Assembly: GCA_963837955.1 (NCBI GenBank)
Contig: CAWIPH010000002.1
Coordinates: forward strand, 3,488,001 to 3,552,000
DNA: 64,000 bases
Direction: 5' to 3'
Source: an uncultured Verrucomicrobiae bacterium
Lineage (GTDB): Bacteria > Verrucomicrobiota > Verrucomicrobiia > Chthoniobacterales > JAFAMB01
This document shows positions 41,349-52,478 of the stretch, one piece after another. Positions within the stretch are counted from its first letter, which is position 1; every line of letters starts with the position of its first letter. Position numbers and translations under genes: made by a program. Below the pieces are notes generated by a model. It had not been told where the DNA came from and did no database searches. It worked only from the letters and a program-made list of their open reading frames with translations.

Positions 41349-41565
41349 CGAAGAGATATCTTAAGGAGTTCTCTGGCATCGTCTTTCCGACGAAGAGGAG
41401 GATCTTCCCTCGCCAAGCGGACGGCCATTCAGTGCCGGAACCGCTGGTCGTCTCCATCGACCTGGATCATTGTGTCCTCAGCTCAGGGATCTAACGGTCC
41501 GACCTGGCAAGTTATGGTCTTTCGCGCGAATTTGTCATGCTTGAACCCGCAGGAGAATCGCCTCA

Positions 41566-43037
41566 ATGCCCAGCGAAGAATCGAAACCCGCGCCGGTCGA
41601 CAAACCTGTCGACCCCGACCCTGAAGCACCGCCGAAACCAACGGCCAAACCCGCGCATAGGCGTCGCCGATGGCCGCTCATACTCGGTGTGATTGTGGGT
41701 TGGCGGTGATTTTCGTAGGAATCCCGCGAATAATCCGGGCGTTGAATACTGTCTCAACCGATGACGCGTATGTGAACGGTTACGTGACATTCGTCGCGCC
41801 CCGCGTGATCGGTCAGGTGGCTCGCGTACTGGTCGACGACAATAACCGCGTCAAAACAGGCGACGTCCTCGTAGAACTCGATCCCGAGCCGTATCAAGTG
41901 CAGGTCGCGATCAAACAAGCGACTGTCGATTCCGCTCGAGCCAACTTGGTCGAGGCACAGGCTGCCGTGCGAGGTTTGGTGGGCCAACTGCGGAGCCAGC
42001 GCTTCAAGTTGGCCCGGTCGATCGAAGACGTGGATAATCAAATACAACTCGTGCGGGCGCGGGTGGCCACGTGGGAACAGAGCAAAGCCACTCTGGTGCT
42101 GGCTCAGGCAGAGTTTGACCGGGCAGAGCGCTTGCCCGCGACCAAAGTGATAAGCGCGGAGGAATGGGATCAAAGACGCGAGACCCTGGACGTAGCAAAA
42201 GCGCAAGTCCAGCAGGCACTGGAAAATGTTTATCAGGCGCGCGTCGCTCTTGGCCTGCCTGCCCAACCGCCCGCCGGAACGAACCTGACCGAGGTACCGG
42301 CGGACCTCGACCAGACCTTTTCCTCGGTTCGCCAAGCTCAGGCGGATCTGATCCAAGGCGCCGCGCAACTCGGCGTCGTGGCATCGTCATACGATCAAAC
42401 CCCAAAACAAACGCTGGATGAATTCTATAGGCGTGATCCCGGTGGCAATCTTGACCGAATCTACGCCGACGTTATTAAGAACGCGCCCAGCTTGAAACAG
42501 GCCGAAGCCGCCTTGCTTCAGGCCGAACGGGATCTCGACCAAGCAAAGCTCAATTTGCGTTATTGCACAGTCGTTGCGGAGATCGACGGCGTTGTCACCC
42601 GCCGGAACGTGAACCCCGGCAATAACGTGCAAGTGGGTCAGAGCCTCATGGCCATCCGCTCGCTGCGCGACATTTGGGTGGACGCAAATTTCAAAGAAAC
42701 GCAGCTTCGCAATTTGCGGATCGGTCAACGCGTAGACCTTGAGTTAGACATGTACGGCGGCAAACGGACCTTCGAAGGACGAATCTCGGGTTTCACTATG
42801 GGCACGGGCTCCACTTTGGCGCTGTTGCCAGCGCAGAATGCAACCGGCAACTTCGTGAAAGTGGTGCAGCGCTTGCCAGTCCGGATCGACGTGATGAACT
42901 ACGATTCTGACAAACTGCCGCTCTTTGTTGGTCTCTCCGTCACGCCGACAGTGGATTTGAGAACTGCACCCACCGGCCCGAACGCCGGTAAGTTTCTTCA
43001 GGAATCTACCGAACCGGCTCCGTCCGCAAACCGTTAG
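41566..43037 (+). CDS. EmrA/HlyD-family membrane fusion protein, apparent frameshift near 41700
   Basis: STDDAYV, ANFKETQL, NATGNFVKVVQRLPVRI; natural N-terminus MPSEESKPAP...RRRRWPLILGVIVG is one base out of frame. Confidence 0.85.
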
Positions 43038-43048
43038 CCGCCCGCCCT

Positions 43049-44671
43049 GTGAACGCCGGATTGATTGCCGTCTCTACTCCTGTCGCAACGACCAGCCCGC
43101 GGATCTTTAATCCGTGGCTCGTCGCGCTCGCCGTCGTCGTACCGACTTTCATGGAGGTGCTGGATACCACCATTGCGAACGTAGCTCTGCGCTATATTGC
43201 CGGCGGTCTGTCTGCGACCGTTACCGATAGCGAATGGGTGATCACCAGCTATCTCGCCGCCAATGCTATCATTCTCCCGATCTCCGGCTGGCTAGCTGCA
43301 CATCTCGGTCGCCGCAACTACTTCCTAATATCCATCGCGATCTTTACCATCAGCTCCGCGCTCTGCGGCATGGCCACAAGTCTCGGGCAGCTGATTCTGT
43401 TCCGGGTGATGCAAGGTCTCGCCGGAGGCGGCCTCCAGCCTTCCAGCCAGGGTATTCTGCTCGATACCTTCCCCCCTGAGAAGCAGGGCGCCGCACAGAG
43501 CCTCTTCAGCATCGCCGCTCTGTTCGCTCCAGTCATTGGACCAACCCTCGGGGGCTGGATCACCGACCAATATTCCTGGCGTTGGATCTTCTTGATCAAT
43601 CTTCCCGTGGGCGTCCTGGCCTTGTTCCTCTGCTGGCTCATGGTGCGGGACCCAGAGTATCTGCGCAACCAGCGGACGGAATTGAAGAAGCGGCCGCTGA
43701 ATTTCGACTCCGTCGGTCTCGGGCTCCTCGTACTCACCGTGGCTTGTTGGGAGATCCTGTTGAGTAAAGGACAGGAGTGGGATTGGCTCAGCGACGCCTT
43801 TGGCCGCGTGCAAATATTGGCCGCCTTGTTCGTTCTCGGCGGCGCCGGCTTATTTTTTTGGGAAACGCGTCACCCGAGTCCGATCGTGAATTTCCGGCCA
43901 CTGCGGGACCGTAACCTTGCTATTTCATGCATTATCATTTCCTGCGCCTTCGGAGTCTTATACGGATCAAGCACACAGCTGCCCGCAATGCTGGAATCCC
44001 TCTTCGGCTACGACGCTTTTCACGCCGGACTGGTGCTGTCGCCCGCGGGCATTTTCACAATTCTTGCGATCATCGTCGGAGGTGCGTTGCTGGGCCGCGG
44101 CGTTGACGCGCGTTGGCTGATCGCCGCCGGACTGCTCATCGTCGCCGCTGGGAATTTCTGGATGTCGCAACTGAACCTGGATATCTCTCCCGGGCAGGTA
44201 GTCTGGCCACGCGTCGTGATGGTGGCAGGCTTGGGGTTCGTGTTCGCGCCAATCAATGTCGCCGCCTATCTCTACATCCCGCGCTCCCTGCGCGGTGCCG
44301 CCGTCGGACTCATGGCGTTGCTCCGCAATGAGGGCGGTAGTGTCGGGACTTCAATGGGCCAGACGATCACGGAGCGGCGCGAGATATTCCACGCTCTGCG
44401 TCTCAACGAGAATCTCGATCCATTGAACCCAGCTGTGAACTCCTACGTCGCGCAGGCCCAGCCTGGTTTCCTCCAGCAGACTGGAGATCCTGCCGCAGCG
44501 CAGCAAATGACCTGGCAGTCCCTGGATAACTTGCGCATCCAGCAAGCCTCGGCCCTCTCCTATTTCGATTGTTTCCTGATCTTTGCCGCGGTGGCGGTCG
44601 CGCTCGCCTTTCTGGTGCTGCTAATGAAACGCTCCGTCGCTGAAAAAGGAGCCCACGTCGCTGCGGAATAA
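43049..44671 (+). CDS. DHA2 (EmrB/QacA) MFS efflux permease
   Basis: FMEVLDTTIANVAL, WVITSYL, GPTLGGWITDQYSWRWIFLINLPVG. Confidence 0.95.
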   Translation: MNAGLIAVSTPVATTSPRIFNPWLVALAVVVPTFMEVLDTTIANVALRYIAGGLSATVTDSEWVITSYLAANAIILPISGWLAAHLGRRNYFLISIAIFTISSALCGMATSLGQLILFRVMQGLAGGGLQPSSQGILLDTFPPEKQGAAQSLFSIAALFAPVIGPTLGGWITDQYSWRWIFLINLPVGVLALFLCWLMVRDPEYLRNQRTELKKRPLNFDSVGLGLLVLTVACWEILLSKGQEWDWLSDAFGRVQILAALFVLGGAGLFFWETRHPSPIVNFRPLRDRNLAISCIIISCAFGVLYGSSTQLPAMLESLFGYDAFHAGLVLSPAGIFTILAIIVGGALLGRGVDARWLIAAGLLIVAAGNFWMSQLNLDISPGQVVWPRVVMVAGLGFVFAPINVAAYLYIPRSLRGAAVGLMALLRNEGGSVGTSMGQTITERREIFHALRLNENLDPLNPAVNSYVAQAQPGFLQQTGDPAAAQQMTWQSLDNLRIQQASALSYFDCFLIFAAVAVALAFLVLLMKRSVAEKGAHVAAE

Positions 44672-44949
44672 AGGGACAGGTATTCGGTTGATGGAGGGGA
44701 TCACGCCATCGGTCGTGATCCCGACGCCCGATCAAATGGCGAAATTGCTTAAGCTTGCCGAAGTGTTCGGCATCAAGATTATTGCTCCTCCCGAGCCGCC
44801 GCAAGCGTCAAACGAGCCTGGATGATAGGAGCGACACTGCCCCCGATCTCAGCCAGCGATCAAACGATTCCCCATTTTCTATTCCTGTCTCCGGACCGTC
44901 TCTATCCAGTTTACGTCGATTGACCTCATGTATAAGATATCTGGTTTTT

Positions 44950-46563
44950 ATGCCCGTTATGTTGAGCACGGTGCGGTGGAAAGACGTTGCGCCTGTATGC
45001 GTAAGCCTCTTCCTGCTTGGCTCCCTTTTTTGGGTGAATCCTGCCCCAGCTGAGCTAGCCGGAAGCACGAGTTTTGTAGAGGAACAAGGAGTTCAGCTTC
45101 GCAAAAAAGGATTCTCGTTAGGCGAGCAACATCAAATAGAGGCAGCCACAGAAGCATTCTTGGAGAGTCGCCAACTATTCGAAGAACTGGCCAAAGAGGA
45201 TCCGTCGAATGCCCGGTACAGCGCTGATGCGGCTCTCACGCTGGAATCAATGGGGGATATGCTGATCGGCAATGAGCAATTCGAGCGGGCCTCGAAATGT
45301 TATCAAGAAAGTTGTGAGTTACGGAAGCAGCTGTCGGCAAAAGAACCGTCCGACGTCGACCGGCTGCATGAGCTGGCGGTCAGCTTCGCTAAGATTGGAC
45401 GAGCGGCCTTTCTCCGGAAGCAATACGAGGAAGCAACTCGATTTTATGACCAGGCTTGCCAGACCTACAGTCAACTCACTCAATTGGATTCGGGAAACGT
45501 GGAGTGGCCTCGCGGGTTAGCCTCGAACGAATATTGGGTTGGCGAATCGGCGATTAGCTTAAATCAGATCGACAAGGGACTTGCCGGGTTTCAGCAAGTG
45601 TTGGCAGCTGTTCGCCTACTTTCCGGTTCCAAGGTCGGCGAAACTCAATGGATTAGAGAGCTAGCGGTTAATTTGGACGCTGTCGCCAGTCTGCTGGCAC
45701 AACGTGGTGAAACCAACGGGGGAGGCCAAATTTTCGAATTATCCCGCGACATCCGACGTTGGTTAGCTCAACGCGATCAGTCTAATATTGAATTCCAAAG
45801 CGATCTCGCTCTGAGCCTTGGCAACATTGCCGGCGTATTGACTGCGCAGGACAAGATGGATGAGGCGCTGGCGGAATATCAGCAGTCGGCACGCATCCTT
45901 CGTTCCATCACCGCGCAAAAACCGGATGATTTCAAAGATCGGATGGCTTTGGCCGAAGTTTTGGAGGCGCTGGGCGATGTCTTGCAGACGCGCCAAAAAC
46001 ACGACGACGCGTTAGCTGATTATCAAGAAAGCCGGAAACTCTTCGCGGAAGTCGCGGGCGCAACTTCCACGAACGTAGCCCTGTTGAAGGAGCGAGTTGG
46101 TTTATTGAAACGTTTGTCGCAGCTGCTCACTTTTCAGAGTCGATTCGATCTAGCATTGGCGGCTTGGCAGGAAAATACCGATCTATTGCAACAGCTCGCG
46201 GAAGCCGATACCGATGATCCCGAATGGAACCGAGAACTGACGGTGGCTTGGGAAGGAATAGGTTATATCTTTTCCCTCCAGCAGAAGCTGGCAGACGCAA
46301 TCGCAGCCTACCAGAAGGCGGCAGCTATTCTGGAAAAACTCAAAACGGCGGATCCTAACAATTCCGAGTTCGAGGAGAGTCGGGCCGGGACAGAACTCAC
46401 CATCGCCAAACTGCTCTTGAGCAAAGGGGACACAGACGCTGCTCATGCCGCGTTCAAGGCTACCAGCGATGCTCTTTTTGAATTAAGCCAACACGGTCGC
46501 TTAGACGATCAGGGTCGCAAATGGCTGGAAGAAGCAGATGCGCGACTCCGGCAACCGTTTTAA
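44950..46563 (+). CDS. Exported TPR-like helical repeat protein
   Basis: Signal-like N-terminus; about 49-aa repeats of type L..DP.N.....LA......GD. Confidence 0.8.
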   Translation: MPVMLSTVRWKDVAPVCVSLFLLGSLFWVNPAPAELAGSTSFVEEQGVQLRKKGFSLGEQHQIEAATEAFLESRQLFEELAKEDPSNARYSADAALTLESMGDMLIGNEQFERASKCYQESCELRKQLSAKEPSDVDRLHELAVSFAKIGRAAFLRKQYEEATRFYDQACQTYSQLTQLDSGNVEWPRGLASNEYWVGESAISLNQIDKGLAGFQQVLAAVRLLSGSKVGETQWIRELAVNLDAVASLLAQRGETNGGGQIFELSRDIRRWLAQRDQSNIEFQSDLALSLGNIAGVLTAQDKMDEALAEYQQSARILRSITAQKPDDFKDRMALAEVLEALGDVLQTRQKHDDALADYQESRKLFAEVAGATSTNVALLKERVGLLKRLSQLLTFQSRFDLALAAWQENTDLLQQLAEADTDDPEWNRELTVAWEGIGYIFSLQQKLADAIAAYQKAAAILEKLKTADPNNSEFEESRAGTELTIAKLLLSKGDTDAAHAAFKATSDALFELSQHGRLDDQGRKWLEEADARLRQPF

Positions 46564-46571
46564 ATTGCTGG

Positions 46572-46699
46572 GCGCGGAGGGGCGTTGCTTGCAACGCCCG
46601 GGAATAGTCCAGAGTTAGAACACAGCTAGCGGACCTTCTCTCGATACCTCGGTGCGCGTTGGATCGTTCCCGGGCGTCGCGAGCGACGCCCCTCCGCGC
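46572..46699. repeat. Inverted REP pair (REPIN-like)
   Basis: GCGCGGAGGGGCGTTGCTTGCAACGCCCGGGAA ... TTCCCGGGCGTCGCGAGCGACGCCCCTCCGCGC. Confidence 0.85.
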
Positions 46700-46738
46700 G
46701 CTCACCTGGCCTTGTGCGCAGTCGCGGGGAACGTCGCT

Positions 46739-47758
46739 CTACGGGATTGCAAACTCGATCACGATTTTCCCGAAATGTGAGCCGGTTTCCATATAACGGA
46801 AAGCGTCAGCAGCTTCCGCAAAGGGAAAAACCTTATCCACAACCGGATGGATCCGATTCTGTTCAAGGGCGCGATTCATCTCTTCAAACATTTCTCGGCT
46901 GCCAACGTAGATTCCGGACACGGTTAGCCCCTTGGGAACGATCGAGAAGATTTCAGTGCTCATTTCTCTCCCAGCCAGAATCCCGATCAATCCGATATGT
47001 CCGTTGGGCCGGCAAGCTCGCACTGATTGGAGAAATGTTCCCGCGCCTCCTACTTCGATGACCTGATCAACACCGTCAGTGCCAGACAGGCGGGCCGCCT
47101 CTTTTCCCCAATCTTTAGTAGCCTTGTAATTGATGCACTCGTCCGCACCGGGCTCTCGCGCACGTTGCAGCTTTGCATCGCTGCTCGATGTAATGATCGC
47201 TTTCGCTCCACCCGCTTTCGCAAACTGCAAACCAAAAATCGAAACGCCGCCTGTCCCGAGCAAGAGAACACTTTCTCCGGCCGCCAGCTTCCCACGTACA
47301 ACCAGAGACTGCCAAGCCGTTAGCCCGGCACACGGCAATGTCGCCGCTTCGATTAAAGTCAGATAACTCGGTACTGGCACTACGCCCTCCTCCGAGAAGG
47401 CAACGAGCTCTGCCAGCACGCCATCGATCGAACCGCCTAGCGCGGTCTTGTGAAATTCCGGACGAAATCGCCCGGAAATCCAGCCCTGAAAAAAACAACC
47501 GGCCACGCGATCGCCTGCCTTGAATCGCGTCACCTCCGAACCGACAGAGATCACCTCTCCGGCTCCGTCCGACAAAGGGATTCGGCCAGGCTGGGGAACT
47601 CGATCGTATTGTCCACGCAATACGAGCAAGTCCCGATAATTGAGGGAAGCAGCGTGCATGCGCACTAATACCTGACGCGGACCAATTTTGGGCTCCGGCC
47701 GATCGGTAACTTTCAACCCTTTCACGTCGCCAAATTCCTCAATCGCGTAGGCTTTCAT
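46739..47758 (-). CDS. NAD(P)-dependent MDR-family alcohol dehydrogenase-like protein
   Basis: AASLNYRDL, PLSDGAGEV, GTGGVS, HFGKIVI. Confidence 0.9.
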   Translation of the reverse strand: MKAYAIEEFGDVKGLKVTDRPEPKIGPRQVLVRMHAASLNYRDLLVLRGQYDRVPQPGRIPLSDGAGEVISVGSEVTRFKAGDRVAGCFFQGWISGRFRPEFHKTALGGSIDGVLAELVAFSEEGVVPVPSYLTLIEAATLPCAGLTAWQSLVVRGKLAAGESVLLLGTGGVSIFGLQFAKAGGAKAIITSSSDAKLQRAREPGADECINYKATKDWGKEAARLSGTDGVDQVIEVGGAGTFLQSVRACRPNGHIGLIGILAGREMSTEIFSIVPKGLTVSGIYVGSREMFEEMNRALEQNRIHPVVDKVFPFAEAADAFRYMETGSHFGKIVIEFAIP

Positions 47759-47952
47759 GGGGAGTTCAGTATATCCGTCCGCGACTTCGCGCGAAGAAAT
47801 TCAACTTATGGGACTTAGGAGTCCCATAGGACACATAGGAAAGGAAAAACCCGACTTCGCCCACTTGTCGCGCCGTAGGCCCGGCGAAGGCGGAAAGCTT
47901 ACGCCGCGACCAGCACCAGTTCGACGCTTGCGGAAACCTCACTCCGGACCAC

Positions 47953-49140
47953 TTAACTCAACTCGAACTCTTCTTTGACTCTGGCAAACGCGTCGATAGC
48001 CGTCTGCAGATCGCTCTTGCTGTGAGCAGCAGAAACTTGGGTGCGAATCCTGGCCGTACCTTTCGGAACCACGGGATAAAAGAAGCCGATCACGTAAATC
48101 CCTAATTGCAAAAGCCGGTTGGCGACCTGTTGCGACAATGCTGCGTCACCGATCATTACCGGGACGATGGGATGGGTCCCGGGTCGAATGGTCAACCCAT
48201 GATCCAGCAAACCAGAGCGGAAGAATTGCGTATGCGATTCCAATCTGTCTCGGAGGTCGGTTGAGCGAGAAGCGATCTCGATCGCCTTGAGCGAAGCCGC
48301 GACGATGCTCGGTGTGAGGCTATTAGAAAAAAGGTAGGGACGAGATCGCTGGCGCAGCAGTTCGACGATGCCTTTGCGCCCAGTCGTGTATCCTCCGCTT
48401 CCGCCACCTAACGCTTTACCCAAGGTGCCGGTAATTATGTCGACTCGATCCATCACACCACAATGTTCGGGTGTGCCCCGTCCGGTCTTACCCAGAAAAC
48501 CGGCAGCATGGCATTCATCCACCATAACCAAGGCTCTATAGCGTTCCGCCAAGTCGCAAATCGCCGAAAGATTAGCGATTGTTCCATCCATCGAAAATAC
48601 GCCGTCCGTGGCAACCATGCGAAACCGAGCCGGTTGAGCTTCCACTAGCTTCGCTTCCAGGTCGCTCATATCGTTGTGCTTGTAACGGAACCGATTTGCC
48701 TTGCACAAACGGATGCCGTCGATAATCGACGCGTGATTTAACTCGTCGCTAATGACCGCGTCCTCAGCGCCGAGGAGAGTCTCGAATAACCCGCCGTTGG
48801 CGTCGAAACAACTGCTATACAAGATCGTATCACCGGTCTGATGAAATCGGGTAAGAGCCGCTTCGAGCTCTTTGTGGATTTCCTGGGTGCCGCAAATGAA
48901 ACGCACCGAGGCCAACCCAAAACCCCATTGGTCCAACGCTTTCCGGGCCGCTTCAACGACCTCGGGGTGATCTGCCAAACCGAGATAATTGTTTGCGCAA
49001 AAATTTAAAACTTCTTTCCCGTCGGTGGTTCGGATATGCGCCCGCTGCGGCGTACTCAGCAAGCGTTCGGTCTTAAACAAACCTTGGGTCCGGATCGATT
49101 GGAGCTGTTCCTCGAGATGACTTTGAAAGCCGTCCAACAT
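47953..49140 (-). CDS. kbl: Glycine C-acetyltransferase (2-amino-3-ketobutyrate CoA ligase)
   Basis: [38 protein letters not shown]. Confidence 0.97.
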   Translation of the reverse strand: MLDGFQSHLEEQLQSIRTQGLFKTERLLSTPQRAHIRTTDGKEVLNFCANNYLGLADHPEVVEAARKALDQWGFGLASVRFICGTQEIHKELEAALTRFHQTGDTILYSSCFDANGGLFETLLGAEDAVISDELNHASIIDGIRLCKANRFRYKHNDMSDLEAKLVEAQPARFRMVATDGVFSMDGTIANLSAICDLAERYRALVMVDECHAAGFLGKTGRGTPEHCGVMDRVDIITGTLGKALGGGSGGYTTGRKGIVELLRQRSRPYLFSNSLTPSIVAASLKAIEIASRSTDLRDRLESHTQFFRSGLLDHGLTIRPGTHPIVPVMIGDAALSQQVANRLLQLGIYVIGFFYPVVPKGTARIRTQVSAAHSKSDLQTAIDAFARVKEEFELS

Positions 49141-49182
49141 AGCAAGAGAGAATATAGGAGTTAGGAGCTAGTGGTCGTCGCT

Positions 49183-49421
49183 AATTGGTGATCGGTGATT
49201 AGTGATTGGTGATTGGTAATCAGCCCGGAAAATTGCGTGTGAAACAAACTGATCCATCTGTACTGCTTACTGCTTACTGCTTACTGCTTACTGCTTACTG
49301 CTTACTGCTTACTGCTTACTGCTTACTCTCTACCGATCACCAATCACAGATCACCAATCACAGATCACCAATCACAGATCACTAATCACTGATCACTGAT
49401 CACTGATCACTGATCACCAAT
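49183..49421. repeat. Inverted heptamer arrays flanking (TACTGCT)x9
   Basis: Left (GTGATTG-like)n 49183-49221; (TACTGCT)x9 49261-49323; right (ATCACCA/ATCACAG/ATCACTG)n 49332-49421. Confidence 0.9.
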
Positions 49422-49427
49422 GAACGA

Positions 49428-50465
49428 CTAGGACCAGTTCAAAACCACCTTGCCCGATTGTCCTCCCCGCATTAGAGCAAACGCTTCTTCGTACTCCGTG
49501 TATGGAAAACGATGGGTTATGACAGGCGTAATATCGAGTCCTGACTGAATCATCGACGTCATTTTGTACCAGGTTTCGTACATTTCACGCCCGTAGATGC
49601 CTTTGATTGTTAGCCCGTTAAATACAACCAAATCCCAGTCGATAGCAGCCTCTTTTGCCTGAATGCCGAGAAGGGCAATCTTACCCCCATGACACATCGC
49701 TCCCAGCATGTCGTTGAGAGCACGGCCGTTGCCGGACATTTCTAGACCAACATCAAAGCCTTCCTTCATGCCGAGGGTCTCCATCACTTGCTGCAGATTT
49801 TGCGCACGTACATCGCAGGCAACGGTCGCCCCCAAGCGTTTCCCGAGCTCCAAGCGGTAGGGATTGACGTCGGTGATCACTACATGGCGGGCGCCAGCAT
49901 GTTTCGCGATAGCCACAGCCATTATTCCGATTGGGCCGGCGCCGGTAATCAACACATCTTCGCCGAGCACATCAAAAGAGAGAGCGGTGTGTACGGCATT
50001 TCCCAAGGGATCGAAACAGGAGAGCACATCGAGCGGAATCTTCGGATCAGCTGACCAGACATTAGTCTCCGGAATCGCCACATACTCGGCAAAAGCACCA
50101 GGCCGATTCACCCCGACGCCACTGGTTTTGTTACAGAGGTGCCGGCGACCGGCCAAACAGTTTCGGCAGCGTCCACAAACCAGGTGCCCTTCGCCGGTCA
50201 CGAGCATGCCGGGATGGAAGTCGTGCACGTGAGAGCCCACCGATTCTATCATTCCGACAAATTCGTGTCCGATCACCATCGGAGTGGGAATCGTTTTCTG
50301 AGCCCAGGAATCCCACTCGTAAATGTGGACATCGGTTCCGCAAATGGACGAGCGCTGCACGCGGATGAGCACGTCAAATTCGCCGATCTCGGGAATCGGC
50401 ACACTGTCCAGGGATAAACCGGGCGCGCGATCTTTCTTTACCAGCGCCTTCATTTTCTGCGTCAT
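49428..50465 (-). CDS. tdh: L-threonine 3-dehydrogenase
   Basis: [37 protein letters not shown]; adjacent to kbl. Confidence 0.97.
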   Translation of the reverse strand: MTQKMKALVKKDRAPGLSLDSVPIPEIGEFDVLIRVQRSSICGTDVHIYEWDSWAQKTIPTPMVIGHEFVGMIESVGSHVHDFHPGMLVTGEGHLVCGRCRNCLAGRRHLCNKTSGVGVNRPGAFAEYVAIPETNVWSADPKIPLDVLSCFDPLGNAVHTALSFDVLGEDVLITGAGPIGIMAVAIAKHAGARHVVITDVNPYRLELGKRLGATVACDVRAQNLQQVMETLGMKEGFDVGLEMSGNGRALNDMLGAMCHGGKIALLGIQAKEAAIDWDLVVFNGLTIKGIYGREMYETWYKMTSMIQSGLDITPVITHRFPYTEYEEAFALMRGGQSGKVVLNWS

Positions 50466-50601
50466 GGGTCAAATTGGATAAGGGGTGAAACCTTCCTCAA
50501 CTCCTTCTTTTCGCAAGTTTCGGGCTTTTGTTTGGCGGTTTGCCATCACCCTTCGGTAGCGGCGATTGTCCGCCTGGGAAGGATATGCGCCGAGAGGAGT
50601 C

Positions 50602-50825
50602 GTCCCGGAGGGACTCAATGAAAGTAGCCCAGTACGAAGTGCTGGGGTGGTTAAAAAAAACGACGCGTCCCGGAGGGACGAACGACGGCGGCATACCTGG
50701 TGAAGCTGCATACGAGGGGACCAGGAGCCAAAACATTTCTATCGTCCCTGGCGGGACGGACCCCTCTTTTTGCACCATTTCCCAGCACTTCGTACTGGGC
50801 TATTTTCATCTGGTCCCTCCGGGAC
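50602..50825. repeat. Palindromic MITE/REPIN-like element
   Basis: About 45-bp terminal IR GTCCCGGAGGGAC..ATGAAAGTAGCCCAGTACGAAGTGCTGGG with internal GTCCC-nnn-GGGAC hairpins. Confidence 0.85.
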
Positions 50826-50974
50826 CAACCCTCTTCGGATACTTTTAAGCCTTCTAGTCGGCGCGCATGCGCGACAGCGGCACGGCCAGCTTAGATGGGT
50901 TCGTAGTTAGTTAAACACCGCCCCCGGAAATCCGTTTTGCTCCCCGCTCCTCACGCGTTATCCTTTCCCCCCAA

Positions 50975-51478
50975 ATGCGGCTGCTAGCTATTGATCCTGC
51001 TCTGCGAAAATCCGGATTTGCAATCTTGGAAAAAGAAGGAAGAACCATTCGGTCGCTTGCTTACGGAGTCATTCGCAACAATACAGAGCTTTCGCTGACC
51101 CAATGCTTGTTAGAAATTCATCGACAGACCAATGATCTCATCGCGCAGTACCTGCCGGAATGCTGCGCCGTTGAAAGCGTGATTTTTGTCCAAAACTCTA
51201 GAACGGCCGTCACGTTGGGTGCGGCTCGCGGTTCTGCTTTATTAGCGGCGGCGCAGCATGGCTTGTCCATATTTGAGTATGCCCCCCGGCGAGTGAAACA
51301 AGCGGTGGTTGGTCGAGGAGCAGCTCAGAAAGCACAAGTTGGATTTATGGTCCGAGCTTTACTCAGTTTGCCTGAAACGCCTGAACCGGACGCTGCCGAC
51401 GCGCTAGCTATTGGACTCACTCACCTCCAAATGGAAGACTCGGTCATTACCCGTCGGCCACTGACGCGTAGCTTATGA
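50975..51478 (+). CDS. ruvC: Holliday junction resolvase RuvC
   Basis: LAIDPA, AVE, LGAARG, VKQAVVGRGAAQKAQV, DAADALA. Confidence 0.95.
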   Translation: MRLLAIDPALRKSGFAILEKEGRTIRSLAYGVIRNNTELSLTQCLLEIHRQTNDLIAQYLPECCAVESVIFVQNSRTAVTLGAARGSALLAAAQHGLSIFEYAPRRVKQAVVGRGAAQKAQVGFMVRALLSLPETPEPDAADALAIGLTHLQMEDSVITRRPLTRSL

Positions 51479-52110
51479 CTATTCGTCCCATCGATCGAAT
51501 CAGTTTCTCGGCAGCGCTGGAACTCCAAATTGAGGCCCTGGAAAAATGCTGGTCGACCGGAGAAGAGACTCTTTTTCTGCTCGAGCACGATCCGGTTTAT
51601 ACCATCGGACGGCTTCCTGATAAATCGAGCCTGGGCCGGCTGCAACGACTCCCCTATCCGGTTCACGAAATTAATCGAGGAGGACAAGCCACCTATCATG
51701 GACCTGGACAATTGGTCGGCTATCCCGTGATCGATCTGCGAAAAAGAGGGAAAGATCTGCATCGCTTTTTGCGAACTCTGGAACAAGCAGTAATCCGGCT
51801 GGTTGAAGCGTTCCATCTGCCCGCCCGACGCGAAGAGGGAAAAACCGGCGTTTGGGTCGAGGACCGGAAAATCGCGTCGATCGGCGTCGGCGTTCGTCGA
51901 TGGATCACCATGCACGGCTTTGCGTTGAATGTGTCATCTGACCTTACCGGGTTTCAGTACATTACTCCATGTGGACTCACCGGTGTCCGAATGACCTCCC
52001 TGAGTCTGGAAACCGGAACGGAAGTCTCAATGCAAGTGGCTCGGGAATTGGCTTCTCGGATCATTACCGAGGAGCTTGCCGTGCACCAGTTTAGCGATTT
52101 GATCTCCTGA
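51475..52110 (+). CDS. lipB: Octanoyltransferase LipB
   Basis: LLEHDPVYTIG, RGGQATYHGPGQLVGYP, KIASIG, HGFALN, PCG. Confidence 0.97.
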   Translation: MTIRPIDRISFSAALELQIEALEKCWSTGEETLFLLEHDPVYTIGRLPDKSSLGRLQRLPYPVHEINRGGQATYHGPGQLVGYPVIDLRKRGKDLHRFLRTLEQAVIRLVEAFHLPARREEGKTGVWVEDRKIASIGVGVRRWITMHGFALNVSSDLTGFQYITPCGLTGVRMTSLSLETGTEVSMQVARELASRIITEELAVHQFSDLIS

Positions 52111-52264
52111 ATTTTCGACCCCTCAGTCACTCGCTTGTTGAAGTGTTTCTGTCGCTTCCTCCGGGTTCTTTGGCGCCGTAATGAGCTCGATAGCTGCCTT
52201 TAGCTCGGACTAAAACAGCTTTGTCTTGCCATCGTACCCACAAGCGGTAGTATGCCACCATCGC

Positions 52265-52474
52265 ATGGCAACCTATATCTATGAAACGGTTCCGGATTCT
52301 CCGGAAGTTCCGGTTCGGAGGTTTGAAGTCAAGCAGAGCATGAACGACACGCCGCTTACGCGTGATCCCGAGACGGGTCAACCGGTGCGCCGAATCATCT
52401 CCGGCGGGTTCGGATTGATCAGTAGTTCCCATACTACCTCTTCCTGTGGATCCGGCGGCTGTGGCTGTTGCTAA
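52265..52474 (+). CDS. FmdB-like zinc-ribbon protein variant
   Basis: MATYIYE..FEVKQSMNDTPLTRDPETGQPVRRIISGG..CGSGGCGCC. Confidence 0.75.
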   Translation: MATYIYETVPDSPEVPVRRFEVKQSMNDTPLTRDPETGQPVRRIISGGFGLISSSHTTSSCGSGGCGCC

Positions 52475-52478
52475 ATAG

